The notes under the pieces are model-generated. The model searched no databases. It worked only from the letters and a program-made list of their open reading frames with translations, and was not told the DNA's origin. Position numbers and translations under genes: made by a program. This document shows, piece by piece, positions 1 to 12,856 of a stretch of DNA of 64,000 bases. This stretch comes from Vitrella brassicaformis CCMP3155 (taxonomy: Eukaryota; Protista; Chromerida): the NCBI GenBank assembly GCA_001179505.1, contig CDMY01000738.1, positions 186,001-250,000 of the forward strand, written 5' to 3'. Each line of letters starts with the position of its first letter. Position 1 is the first letter of the stretch.

Positions 1-48
1 GTTTTGTGGTGAGTTTGGGTTCTCTGTAGTCGATGGCCGTCCTCTCCC

Positions 49-1170
49 TCATTCGCCTCGGCCCTCGCTCCTCTCCCCCTGTCCGCCCCCGACCATCGCT
101 GCTCGCCCCCTGCTGGTGCTGGTGCTGGTGGTGCTGCTGTTGGTGTTGTTGGTGTGTTGGTGCGGAGGATGACGGCGGCCTGTGTCGCTTGACGAAGAAG
201 GGATAGAAGTCGAGCGGGCCGTCTGCATTTGAGCGGCGGCGCAGCTTGGCAGTGAGTTTGAGCGATGGTGGGCAGTAGTTGACTCCTCGGCTGTGGTTGC
301 GCAAGTGATAGCGACATCCATTCACACACTCGCTGACCTCACGCTCACCCTCACACTCATCACCCCTGACAGACACAAACTCACACACACACACACACAC
401 ACACAATGTCTCGCTGTCTCACTTCTTGCTGACCTGTGCTGCGGTGTGTCTCCATTGTCATTGTTGCCGTGTGGGTGTTGTGGTGGGTCGGTGCGATGGT
501 GGTCGGGAGTGTCATTGATGTGCTGCGGTGGAGTGTGTGGGCCCGGCTGCTTCTGCTGCTCTTGGTGTTCGTCATCGTTGTCATCATGTTCCTGCATGCA
601 ATTGGATGGGATGGGCGAGAGGGCGGGGCGATACCGACGGTGGGGATTGTGATTGTTGTTGTTGGCAGTGGGGCGACCCACACGAACACCGCTAGCCGTC
701 ACACTGCCAAGACGGTGATGGTGGGCAACAGGCAAAGGGGATGCCACACGAACCTGACACATGCACACAAACAGTGAGTGCGCATCGAGTCTGATTTTCG
801 TGTGTGGTTGGTTGACGTGTGATTGATTGTGCTGTCCCCTTCGCTGCCGCAGCACGTGATTCTCGACCACCTGACGACAGACAAACACACTATCTCACTT
901 TGGGTGAGTGAGTGTTTGTTTGTGTCACGAGTCTGTTGATGGCGCTCCTCTGTGCGTCGATGATCCGCCTGGAGTGATCGATGTAAACCACACAGACACA
1001 AAGATGAGCTGTCATGTGTGTCGGCTTGCCTGATTCACTCACTCGTAGTATTGTGCGATGCTGTCAATGTCGCGCGGCACGCCCGCCCGCCGCCAGCGAT
1101 ACTGAACCGCACCAGACGGCGGCAATGGCTGCCTCACACCACTCATCATCACGATCATGCCACTTCCGAC
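49..1170 (-). CDS. Hypothetical low-complexity (His/Asn/Gln/Thr-rich) multi-exon protein; model uncertain
   Basis: Minus-strand coding-like blocks (VPRDIDSIAQYYE, ADHRRTEERHQQ, VVENHVLRQR, HDDNDDEHQEQQKQPG) separated by microsatellite-rich intron-like segments. No family recognised; start not located. Confidence 0.35.
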
Positions 1171-1304
1171 ACACACGACCAAGAACGCTCTCAAATACTT
1201 GTCACTCACTCAATGACCGAGGCGAATTCGTTTTGTCCAAACGACCGATCGGTGTACATGTACAGTCGCCATCCAACGGTCAATCAACAAATGGGCTCAG
1301 TCAA

Positions 1305-2068
1305 TCACACAGCCGACAACACAGACCGCTCTCGTGACCCATGTTTGGTCAGCTGCCGCCTGTCGCTGTTGACCTGGCCTTCCCTCTCCATCTCACCTCG
1401 TGGCCGCCTCGGCCCATGGCACTTCTGAGCGGCGACCTGCCGCTAAAATTGAAGGGCAACAATACATACCAGCAGACGATGGATGCGGCTGACTGCACAG
1501 TGTTGTCACCTGCCCCTTGAAAGTTCGACCTCAGCCTCCAGTCGCCGCCGCCTGGCCGCCTCCTGAACAACACATGATGGACCATACAGAGATAAGTAGT
1601 ACCACCACGAAGAGGCTGCGGCCGACTGACCTTTTTGTTGCGAGCGGCTTCTCGGCTGACGAGTGCATCGAACAGCCGTGTGAAGTCATCGTCATTCTCG
1701 ACGGCGCTGCGGAGAGCATCCTTGAAGGCCGACCGGACGGCTGAGGGAAGGGCCGGCAGGAGAGGAAGGATGCCGGGCACGTGATCCAGGCTCTGGCGGA
1801 TGACCCCGGCCGTCAGACGGATGACTCGGCTCTGAGCTGCGACGGATGCGGGGGTTATGGTGGTAAGCCTGCCGTCGAAGAGCTGTTTGAGCATGTCATT
1901 TGTGTCCCGCTTGTCCTCGAGGATGGTCTTGAGGGTTGTTGTCTGGGTCTGTCGGGCGTGGAGCTGTGTCTGCTGCTGTTTGGCGAGGAGGGAATAATTA
2001 AGGCCGCGTCGTGTCGAGCCCAGGGCCGACAGCGTCAAGAAGAAGGTCAGGATAAGACACGCAAACAT
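1305..2068 (-). CDS. Predicted secreted helical/coiled-coil protein; inverted partial paralog of the C-terminus of the adjacent BTB-like gene
   Basis: MFACLILTFFLTLSALG signal-like start; LPLLPALPSAVRSAFKDAL, EAARRRRLEAEVE and RGEME match segments of the gene at 2162-4540. 3' end approximate. Confidence 0.55.
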
Positions 2069-2161
2069 CACCGTATAACCTGCGGACTATTGTTTTCTAC
2101 GGACGAAATAGTGGCCGACGAGATCTTGTTGCTGACGTGCTTCACATACCGTCCTGGCGAT

Positions 2162-4540
2162 ATGAGTGGTCTCGTCAGGCCGTCCATCTGCGTGCGCTTC
2201 GCCGGCGATGGCGAGGCAGATGAGCCGCTGGTCGTCCATGAGACGATCCTCCATCAGTTTCAGTACTTCCAGCGAGTAAGACTCAAAGCACCAGACGCAG
2301 CAGATCAGAAATGCACATCGGCCCGCTTCGTCTGTGTGTTCGTGCAGCTGTTGGATGGTGAGTTTCAGGAGGGCCAGCAGCGTGAGGTGCGCATCGAGCG
2401 CATCAGCCGAGCCGTGGGGCTGGTGGTGCTGCAGCATGAGCTGGACATCATCGATTCGCTCACCAAGGACAACCTGCTGGACGCGATGATTGCACTCGAC
2501 TACCTGCAGTTCGATACCGACAAGATCTTCACACCGGGCAGCAACCAAAGCCTGCTCTGGGGCATCCATCGCAAGGTGCGCTAAACAAGTTAAGAGGGTC
2601 ACGTGAGCTGCGAGTTGATGTGTCCTTGGTCTGTGTGCTACAGGTGGTGGTGGGAGGCTGGCTGCATGACAATCAGCTCGCCACCAGTCTGCTGGACAGC
2701 TTCAGCCGCTACGCCTTCGTCGCCCGCCTCATCCACCAGCACAAGGACATTCGCACGGCCCTGCTGCCGGCGCTGCGCAAGAAGCCCGACGTCATCAGTG
2801 CCCAGTGGCGTCGCTGTGTGAGAGGGGAGGAGGCAGATGACCCCATCAAGGCGGCCATGAGCCTGGTGGACAGCCTGGTGGATGGGCTGTCGTCTGGCCG
2901 CATCGATGTGAGCCGCCAGGAGGTCGCCCAGTTCATCACGGCTGCGACGGGTAGCACGTCTCTTGCTGCAGCGCACGGTGAGGAGAGAGTCGACAGGCAT
3001 GCTGTCAGCACTCACATGAATTCATCCTTGGTCTGCAGGTTCGGTCTTCGAGAGGGACATTTTCACTCCGTCCGCCACCAGCAGCACCCACCCCTTCGCC
3101 AACGACGAGCGGAGATCGGCCAGATGCGGCGGTATCAACTTCAAGGTAGCGGCCCTTCCCCATCCCTACACCCCTCACCCATCCCCCGGCCCGCCTCCCA
3201 ACGCCATGGACGATGCTGATGCGAAAGTTGCAGACGTCGGCGGCTGGCACATCACCTTCGATAGCATCGATGAAAGCGCAACGAGGGAGTCGTTTGCGAG
3301 GTGCTTCGCTCCTGACGCCTCCCTCGAGATCTCCATTGGCGCTGATGGCAATGGCACGGAGGCGGCGGCGCCAGCAGCACACAGCGGCGGTGGTGCTCGC
3401 CGGAATGCCATCCGGCTGCACGAGGCGCCCACCGTGATGACCGAGAAAACAATTCACATGGGTGGGGAGGGATCATCCGGCCCCTCCATTTCTCACTTCG
3501 GTGCCAACCTGGGCGAAGGTTCTGTCGGGACGCACACCAATCGACCTCACATCTCAAGTGAGTCGCTCGTCCACGGGAGCGCGCTCAAGGACGTCATCAT
3601 GATCATGACTGTGCGGCATTTCCCAATGCGCGCCCTCGCCCTGCACTACCTTAGACTGTGTGTCCAGGAGGGGCGATGGGATGACGTCACACTCATGGCC
3701 AAGTAAGGGAGCAAGGAGCGGTGTACAGACACACTGGCGGCACATCGGGTGTCCGTCCATCCATGTGTGCAGGTCGATTCACCGTGAGGTCGCGGTTCAC
3801 ATGCTGTCATGGCTGATCAACGCGCTCGACCATCGCCTCCGGCTCATGCTGTGCTGGGCGGCGGCGGTCGGCGATCTGCCTGAGGAGAGCTGTGATCGCA
3901 TCGTATCGACGTTGACGACCGATCTCATTGAGGAGAATCTTGCTGAAACGGCTGCCGTCCTTCCCATCATACCCTCCCTCCCATCAGCAGTGAAGACGGC
4001 CTTCGAGGATGCTCTCAAGGGAGCGGTTGACGCACGAGATGACGAATGTTTCCAGGAGCTGTACAATGCCCTCGTCAAGGTCAGCCGATCCCATTGAGTT
4101 GTCTCATCGTCTGTGCGCTCTCACCCTCTCCGTCTGTGTGTTCGGGTGTGTCTGTGGCACATAGGAGGCGGCCGAGCGGCAGCGTGTGGAGGCTGAGAGG
4201 GGGCAGCTGCGTCAGGAGATAGATCAGGTGCGTCGAGTGCCACCCACACAAGCTCGTCTCTTCTCTGTGCCCATTTTCTGTGTATGTATGTACTGGTTTT
4301 GGCTATGCAGGAGGCGGCCTCTCGGCAGCGTTTGGAGGCCGAGGTCGAGCAGTTGCGTCAGGAGATAGATCAGGTACACCCACACAATCGGTTGGCATGA
4401 TTGGATCAAACACACTTGTTTGTGCACACCTGTATGCATGTGTGTGTGCGCGCGTCACCCAGTTGCGTCGCGGGGCGGAGTGGTCACGAGGGGAGATGGA
4501 GGACCAGCAGCAGCAGCAGCGAGAGGGGACACCTAACTAA
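2162..4540 (+). CDS. BTB/POZ(SKP1)-like domain protein with C-terminal coiled coil
   Basis: Exon 1 VRFAGDGEADEPLVVHETILHQFQYF...LLDAMIALDYLQ resembles a BTB fold (xADYL-type motif). Multiple GT-AG exons end in EAxxRQRxEAE heptad exons and a stop at 4540. Confidence 0.55.
4165..4373 (+). repeat. Two tandem paralogous 63-nt phase-0 exons (4165-4227, 4311-4373)
   Basis: EAAERQRVEAERGQLRQEIDQ and EAASRQRLEAEVEQLRQEIDQ, each bounded by AG/GT. Confidence 0.8.
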
Positions 4541-4712
4541 TCGGTGAGTGGCTGTGTGCACACTCGTGAGTGATCGATTCTCACGTTTCTTTGTCCCTAG
4601 CTATCTTTCTCCGACTCCCTTCTTCCCGCGTAGCTGGATGAAAAGGCCGCCCTGGCTGGTGGATACATGTTCTCTCTAGCTGCAGTCATGTTGTTTTAAT
4701 ACACACAGACGA

Positions 4713-5625
4713 CAGTGTGTGTTTCACACTCGTCGTCCATACACACACACACCAGACAGACACACAGACTGCATGCATAAGTCCACACTGATTGGTGCCT
4801 GTGGGTTCTGGGCCGGGTGGGGGGAGGGTGGGTTGGGTTGCCTAATTGTGTGTGTCGTGGTAATTTCACATCGGTGTGCGGTCCTGCATGGTCACTGAGA
4901 CGTTGTTGCTGAGCGCTTTCGTGTACACACACATACATGACATGTATACATCATATGAGGGCATATGATGGCTGCACGCTGGTCTAGTGCTACGGTGACG
5001 GAGAGGGGTTTTGATGGCCTGCCTGCTGCCTGCCTTCCCCTCACCGTCCTCCATGCCAACCTGCCCGTCTGTCTGTCTGTCTGTTGCCCGCCAGCCATGT
5101 CGTTTTAATGCACAGCTGGGCGGGAGCAGTGGCAGGCCAGCCAGCCAGCCACACTCGTCGCGCGTTGAATGCATGGTCTTATCGCTGTCGTGCTGCCTGT
5201 CTGTCTGCCGCCCCCTTCCACCTCTTCTCTGTCGATAGCTTAGTGGCCACAGCCATGGCCGCCCCTCTCTCTCCCTCTCTCTCTCTCTCTGTTTTGATGC
5301 GCATCCACGGCCGTCTTTTTCGATTGGACGACACACATGCCTCGCTTCTCCTTTCCATATATCCATCCATCCATCCATCTCTGTGTGTGTTTCACACTCG
5401 TCCATTTATCCACATACATCTGCATACCATTACACCAGACAGACAGACTGCCTCTATGCAGTCAGTCATTTTTGCCTTTTCGCATGCTTAAGTCCACACC
5501 GATTGGTGCCTGTGGGTGGTAGGCCGGGCGGGGGGAGGGCGGGTTGCCTTGCCTTACTGTGTGTGTGTGTGGTGATAAGTTCGCATCGGCGATCGCTTTC
5601 ATGTACACACACATACATGCCATGC
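4713..5625. repeat. Degenerate intergenic direct repeat (~4713-4945 and ~5381-5625)
   Basis: Collinear shared blocks gtgtgtttcacactcgt, aagtccacac(t/c)gattggtgcctgtgggt, a G-tract cluster, and cgctttc(g/a)tgtacacacacatacatg. Confidence 0.75.
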
Positions 5626-6319
5626 ACGCCTTCTCACTCGTGCTGCGTTCTGCGTGCGGTGGGTGGGGTGGGGTGGGATGCATGCGCATGTCATGTGCGA
5701 CTGGTCCGTCTCTGCTGCCTTAATTGCCACAGGCAGGACGGCTCTCTCCTCAGTTATATACGGATGTATGTATGTACTTATGTACATATTTGTGTCTCTG
5801 TCTGTACACAGCTGTACGTACCTGTTGCATTCCCTCTCTGGATGACGGTTTAATGGGCTTTTCGAGTATGCGCGCGCGCGCGCGCGTGAATTGTCCTCCT
5901 TTGGTCTGTACAATCAATGGAAAGTCATTGCTCACACACACACACACACACACCTTTGGCCAGTCGACTGGTAAAGGCTGCCTGCCATGCGACGAGTCGA
6001 ATGGATACCGCACCCACATGAAGCTTCGACAGACAGAAACAATACAGGTCGCTCATCAGGTGTCACATGCATCAAAGAGAAAGCCGTCAGTCATTCGGTC
6101 CACCCATCCCCATGCATCCCGATCAGACAAGCATCGAGACAGTCCGACCGGACCGCGGACAGACACATGCGCTCCAATGTCAACACCACCGCGCAAAGAC
6201 CGCCCTGCCTGACACATTCACACGCAAGTCAAAGAATGGCACAGAGAGACACACCGCGTACGTCGTCTGCGCACTTCGCTGCTCGTGTCAGTCGTGTTGA
6301 TGAAACATACCTCCGCTGT

Positions 6320-7805
6320 CTATCGGTCGAAGAGGCTGGCTGAGATGACGGGTCCCAGCACCACACGCACCAGCTGAGTGGCCTCCGGGAAGCGGTCCTT
6401 GAAGGCACCACACGCACCAGACACAGCCGGCTCCGTCGTCTCGACCCACACACCCACTGTAGGCGATGAGAGACAGAGAGAGAGAGAGCACATGACGTCT
6501 GACCATCCATCCCATCCTCTCTTTCGTTCTGACCAGTGCTATCCGCCGTCATTCTGTCTTCGACGAGGAGACGAGGATCCACGCGATGAATGGGTGGTTG
6601 CTGTCCGTCAGCAATGCCACCCCCTGTAGCAGTCTCGGCTTGTTGTCGTTGTGCACCCCTGCACCGGTGTGTGTGGCGACCGGGTCAGCAGCGCATGAAC
6701 GCGGCCTTCACCGACATGCCTGAGCTCCACACACATGGAGAGGCACACACGCAGGTGACTCACATGATGTCTGCTCCCCTCCTGTCACTTACCTGGGGAG
6801 TGCCTTCTACCTGGAGTTGGTCTCGTGAGTCTGGGCGAAGTGATAGAAGATCCTGTCTTTGGCGAAGGACGAGACCGATGCATGGGTGTCGTTGTCGTCG
6901 GGGATGTGAGGGGATACCAGGTCTTTTCGTCATGCCTGTCGCAGGAAATCTGTCCGTGGCACACTGGCGATGCCACGCTTAGTGTTTTTGACCTAATGAG
7001 TGCCCGCGAAGTGGATGAGGACGGTTCTCTCGACGAACGACGACACGGACGAGTGGTCAACGACGACACCAGACCGCAAGCCCGTGAAGCGGCGATAGCA
7101 GATGCCGCTGCGGACGGGTGGGTCGTGCTCTTGTCTCTGCTGCTCGTAGGGATGGTCGTCAAGGGGGGGCGGGTTGATGGTGAGCTCGAAGCCGTCCTCG
7201 TCCTTGATGGCCCGCAGTGTGTCGCCGTGCTGGAACAGCTGGAGCCGACTGCCGTCACCGAAGTCGATGTGGCGGCCCACCATCTTGAGCTGAGCCAGCA
7301 CACGCGGGGTGGCCAGATACGCCTGCAGACACACAACACATGAACACATTCACACACCGATTGTAAGGACATTCTTTCTCCCTCCCTCTCCCGGTTGGCT
7401 TACCGTCTTGTTTGGAAACTTGTGCAGATCGGCCGAAGTGAGCCTCACGGGCAGCTGGCAGTAGCCGCACTGCGCCGCCAGAGCAATCGCCTCCCTCATC
7501 TCCTTCCAGCCGCCCGCCTCCGTCACACACACGGCCGCCAGCAGGTCAGCCACACCCATCTGCTGATCGTCGAACACCAGCAACTGCACTGCCTGCCCGT
7601 TGGCCGCCCGTCGCAGCCCCGCCTCTGTGCTGAGCGAATGGCCCAGCCGCTGCCGCAGCTGAGCCGCTCCGAAGAGGCCCCTGAGCCAAGTGCATGTAGC
7701 CCTCAGCCGCAGTATGTCATTGAGGCTGAGAAGGTAGAAGCTGCGGCGGCCGACGAAGATGTATGTGAAGGGGTGCTGCTGCTGATGATGATCTGTGTGC
7801 TGCAT
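6320..7805 (-). pseudogene. Member of a lineage-expanded F-box-like family; probably disrupted
   Basis: N-terminal LLSLNDILRLRATC, central HDPPV...SSVSSF, C-terminal TTEPAV...FKDRFP; paralog at 48182-49555. In-frame TAG at 6993-6995 and an apparent frameshift in a G run near 6625. Confidence 0.5.
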
Positions 7806-8001
7806 CACACCTGGGACGAATGGATGGATCAGATCTGCCGAGAAGAAGCAGATGGGAGCGAGAGGGAAGATTCTCGGGCGGAGTTGATGAGTGGATCAAA
7901 ACGAGATGCCGAAATGTCAATACGCTGAAAACAGACGGAATGCGCTGACCTCGCCAAGCTGAGCTCGCAGATCTTTTCCGAAGTTGTTTCGCCCTGAGCA
8001 A

Positions 8002-9944
8002 ATGTCGGTGACCACGAACGGGCAGTCGTACCCCAAGAAGGTGGCCGTGATGGGCGGCGGCGCCTTTGGCACAGGGATGGCGCAGCTCATGGCGAGGAAG
8101 GGGTGCAAAGTGATGGTCAGCAGGGTGAAGAGAGAGGATGCAAGGCACCCAGCAAGCCGCCAGAAGAGAGATCTGCGTCTGTTTGATTTGTTTTGTTTGT
8201 TTGTTTATTTGGCTTTCAGTTGCAAGTGCGCGAGGCGGAGGCCAGGGAGGGCATCAACAACGACCATGAGGTAGGCAGGCACGGATCACGCCAGTGAGAT
8301 CTGTGTGGCGTGAAATGCTCTCTTTATCTGTGTGTCTGTGGGCTGTCAGAACACACTTTTCCTGCCCGGCGTCAAGCTGGAGCCCTCCATCACTGCCGTG
8401 GACGGCGTGCCAGAAGCCGTCAAGGACGCTGAGATGATATTCCTGGTCATACCCACACAGTTCCTGCGGAAGTTCATTCAGGTGTGACATGAGAAAACAG
8501 GACAAGAGAGCCGCACTGCAGGCGCCATGGCATGGTGGACGTGTCTGTGTCTGTGTCTGTGTCTGTGTGTTTATTGCGTCAGACGTTTCACTCGTGCCTG
8601 CCGGTGGGTGTGCCGATGGTGTGCTGCGCCAAGGGCATCGAAAACGACACCCTCCAGACGCCCTTTGAGATCATGGAGGAAGAGCTGCCCGGCAAGTACC
8701 ACCGACATCTCGGGGTGCTTACCGGCCCCTCGTTCGCGCGCGAGGTCGCCGAGGGGCAGCAGACAAACGTGACAGTCGCTGCACGAGACCCAGAGGTCAA
8801 CGCACACCGACACACACACTCGTCGGACGATGTGTGCACACCGGGATATATATATATGTGTGTGTGTGTGCAGATAGCCAAGAAGGTGCAGTATGCGGTG
8901 AGCGACGAGTGTTTCCGCGCCTACACGTCGTCGGACGTCATCGGGTGTGAAATCTGCGGAGCCATCAAGAACGTTTATGGTGAGCGAGGCCCACACAGTG
9001 GTGAAGTGTCGGTGTGTGTGTGTGTGTGTGTGCGTGTGACTGTGTGTGTGTGTGTTTGTGCAGCCATTGCGTCGGGAGCGCTCGAGGGCTTTGGAATGGG
9101 GTAAGCGAAGCGACCAGCCCTGCTCCATTTATATCTCAGTTGTCGTCATGCCTTCCTTGCCCACTTCTGTCTGTCAGATACAACGCCCGTGCAGCGCTCA
9201 TCACGCGCGGACTCGGTGGGTGGCGCACACAGACAGACAGACGTCCACAGAAGGAACGGCGTCGCTGACTGTGCGTTGATTGATTGTATGTCTGTTTGTT
9301 TGATGGATGGATGGATGGATGGCTGGATCGATGGATGCAGCCGAGATCTCCCGTCTGGCGGTGCAGAAGGGTGCCTCCCCCCTCACCATCAGCGGCCTGG
9401 CCGGCGTGGGCGATCTCACCCTCACTTGCACCGGCACTCTGTCCAGGAACTGGCAGGTCAGAACAAAGTACAACATAGATACGAAGATAGCCTAGCCCAC
9501 CAACACACACACACACACACACACGTATCTTTGTTCCTTCTTGTGCAGTTGGGGAATCGGATGGCGAAGGGCGAGACTTTGCAGCAGATCACGGAGAGCA
9601 TGAGGGCGGTGGCCGAGGGCGTCCACACCGCCAAGTCGCTCCATCAGCTGATGGAGACGATGGGCATACACATGCCCATCGCCGACGAGATCTACAAGGT
9701 GAGCAAGCCAAGCACCACCAAACACACTGACACCCTTTCCTCCCTCTGCTCTGTGTCTAATCTAACTGTGTCGTTCATGCTGTCATGCCTGCAGGTGCTG
9801 TTTGAGGGCAAGGGCATGAAGGAGGCGTTGGCAGCGCTTCGCAGCAGACCTCTCAGGGAAGAGGTCGACCCCTCCGTCATCGAAGCCGCCAAACAGCTGC
9901 CATCCACCGGCGTGCAGAAGACGGGCTCCGGCGCATTCTACTGA
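8002..9944 (+). CDS. gpsA: NAD(P)H-dependent glycerol-3-phosphate dehydrogenase (GpsA type)
   Basis: [14 protein letters not shown] Rossmann motif, [49 protein letters not shown] across GT-AG exons. Confidence 0.93.
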
Positions 9945-10649
9945 GTGACCACGATGGGGTCGAGAGGCATGGCGTTTCTCGAGTAAAGAAAGACATGAAC
10001 GTCCTGCATGTGGGTGGGGTGCGTGTATGTGGCTGAATCAATCCCATTTTCTCGCACTTTCTGATGCCGAATGGAATGCTGAGGGGATCCGCCTCTTATT
10101 TATTTTTGCCAGAGATGGGCACCCTTCTGCCTGCATGTAAGGGTGCCTGTGGTGCGTGGGTGTCCAAGGGGAGGGAGGGAGGGAGGGAGGGATAGAAAGG
10201 CCTCATTTGCGAGGCCAAATTCCTCCTACTCTTTTTCTTTCTTGGCTGGTGCTGATCGATTTATGTGACCGATTGGGCGAAAGTGGCTGCATGGGCTGAG
10301 TTAAAGACCACTCAGCCCGTGGACGGACGGACGGACGGACGGACAGACAGAGAGGATGGGACAGACAGACTGCATGCATTGGATGAGTAAACAGAGACCA
10401 GCTTTAGGTCAGTCAGTCAAGTTGGTCCCTTGCGTCCGTCCGTCCCCCTACCCACCCATGATATGCTCTAATCGCCAATCTTCTGTCATGCCTGCCGGCC
10501 ACTGACCACTTCATTAGCACACCGCAGCACCCAGCAACACGGAGACACTCATTTCTCCTCCCTTGATTTCAGACGACGGGACGGCCATTCATTTGTTCAT
10601 TCACAAGTGCCCTTCTTGTTTTGTGTTTGTATGGTGCACTGCATTTGGT

Positions 10650-12727
10650 TCAGCCATAGAGCTCCACCTGATGCCGGAGAGAGATGGCATGCAGAGAGAC
10701 CAGACCCATCCTCTGTGTGAGTGGGGGTGTGTGTGTACCTTGACAGGGTTGATGCCCTGCAGCTGGAGGCGTCGCTTGATCTCCGCCAGGTCGGACCGAC
10801 GCACACCCAGGTCATCCTTGATCTCCTCCACAGTCTGGCGCCCATCCTGCACCCAACCACACACACACACTCGTGCCTCTCTGTGTGTCGGTCGCTCAGT
10901 TGTGTTTTGTAGTGTCAGCTGACGGTGTGTGTGACGAGGCATCTGATGTTCGAGGTGTTCTCGCACCATCCCTCCCCTCCGCTCAGGTGCCAGGCGTTGC
11001 GCATCATCAGCTCAAAGTAGTCGTCATCGTCGATGGACACACTCACTCCTGCACGTAGACACAAAGAGAGAGACATGGCAGCGCTTCTCTGTGAGTCTCC
11101 CTCTGTCTCTGTCTGTCAAGCGTACCGTCGTAGTAGTCGAGCCATTCTTCCCATGTGATGGTGACGGGGCCCTGCTGCGAGCCCTTCTTGCTGTCCTTCA
11201 AGTCAAACGTCTCCAAGAACTCCTCCAGCACCTGCACACAGAAACACAGACAGGCAGAGAGGAGATGGCGTGTGTGCGATGTGATGTGTGCAGCCATCCA
11301 CACAAACGTACCTGCTCCTTGGTCTTCCACCCGCAGATGACGTCCGGGTGTTTGGAGACATCGTATGTGTCCTTGACGTCCTCGGCGTCGATCACACCGT
11401 TGCCCGTCTTGTCCATCAACTTGAAGGCCTGCATCCAGCACAGAGCACAAAGAAGCGTCCGTGGCTGCACAAGAGCACTCTTAGCTATAGCATGCGCACC
11501 ATTTTGACGAACCCGCGACGTCGCTCATTCATGCTGCCTCGGGCCTTGCGCAGAAACTGCCAGAGAGAGAGAGAGAGAGAGCACAGAGGAGACAGTATGT
11601 AGGATGCCTGCCCCCCCTCCAGCGGACCTCCTCATAGTCGATATTGCCATCGTCGTTGCGGTCAATCACCTTGAACAGCACTGCCCAAAGAAAGAGGGAG
11701 AAGGAATTGCTATACAAAACTTCGTCCGGCCGACTGACTGACCTTCTGCCTCGGCGTCTGTCTTGACGACGTCCATCTCACGCATGGCCTTCTTGAACTC
11801 GTACATGTTCAGACGCTTGTTGCTGACGTACACACACACACACGTGTGGTATGACACAGTCAGACACACGAGAAGAGGAGGAGGACGTCACGCGCCCACG
11901 CAATTGCACCCGTTGTCATCCATGATCCTGAACTTGCGGCCTGGAGGTCCACACACACGTACCACTTGTCCAGTGTCTGTCTGTCTGTGTGTGTGTGTCT
12001 CTGTCTTCTGACCGAGTCCCTTGATGCCATTGGCGCCGAACTTCTTGAGGCGCATGCGGAATCCGTCCAAAATGAGCTCTATAGCCTCGGCAGAGATCTT
12101 GGTGCTCTCCCCCTGCACAGACGGCTGAAGCATACCTGCAGGCACAGGGCACACACACACGCAAGCCATCGATCCATGTGCAAGCGATTAAGTGGACTGT
12201 CTGTGTTCACTGACCGCGATGCGCGAAGTGGTCCTTGGGGCGGGGCTGCGGCTGTAGGGGCGGTTGGACGATCGGCCCGTAGGCGCGGTTGTAGGGGCTG
12301 CCAGAACCAGCCATCGTGTTGCCTGCGTATGACTCCCACACAGACAACCATGAGGAAGCTGCATTTTCACATTGGGGCCCCGGCCTCTTGCTCCTCCACC
12401 TGCGGTTCTGAGAGTTGAGCTGTGCACGGGCATGTTGGAGATGATGTTGTAGCTACCCGGGGCAACCGCACCATGCTTCACACGCACACTCGGATTACCT
12501 GCAGGTTGGCAGGCAGGTAGGCACAATCACAAGAATCATGGCCAAACGCATTCATGAGTGCCGAAAAATGGTGAGGGCCGGTGTGTTCACGCCCTCCGAC
12601 CTGCGGCTGCCATGCTTGGGTAGGCGGCGCCCTTGGGGTTGCACGTCATCCCGTGTGCGTACCCGCCGGGCGCCGAGGAGGCGAACTGCTGAGCCACGTT
12701 ATCCTGAAAGGCACGATAGTAGGCCAT
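10650..12727 (-). CDS. CAPSL: Calcyphosin-like EF-hand protein
   Basis: GIKGLGRKFRIMDDNG, DRNDDGNIDYEE, AFKLMDKTGNGVIDAEDV, SKHPDV, DDDDYFELMMRNAWHLSGGEGWCENT; last exon KVELYG*. Start approximate. Confidence 0.85.
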
Positions 12728-12856
12728 CCTGACTGCTGGACTGGACGGGGAAGGGAGGGCGAAGGACGAAGGGGAGGGAGGGGGCAAAATGGGCCCCCAA
12801 ACTCTCGACGATCGCCCTCTCCCTCCCTCCAAGCATTTTTAAGGCAGATATCGAGG

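Noticed and set aside
1781-2161. 267-aa plus-strand ORF starting at 1781
   Set aside because: Its 5' half is antisense to the minus-strand gene; the credible start is the ATG at 2162.
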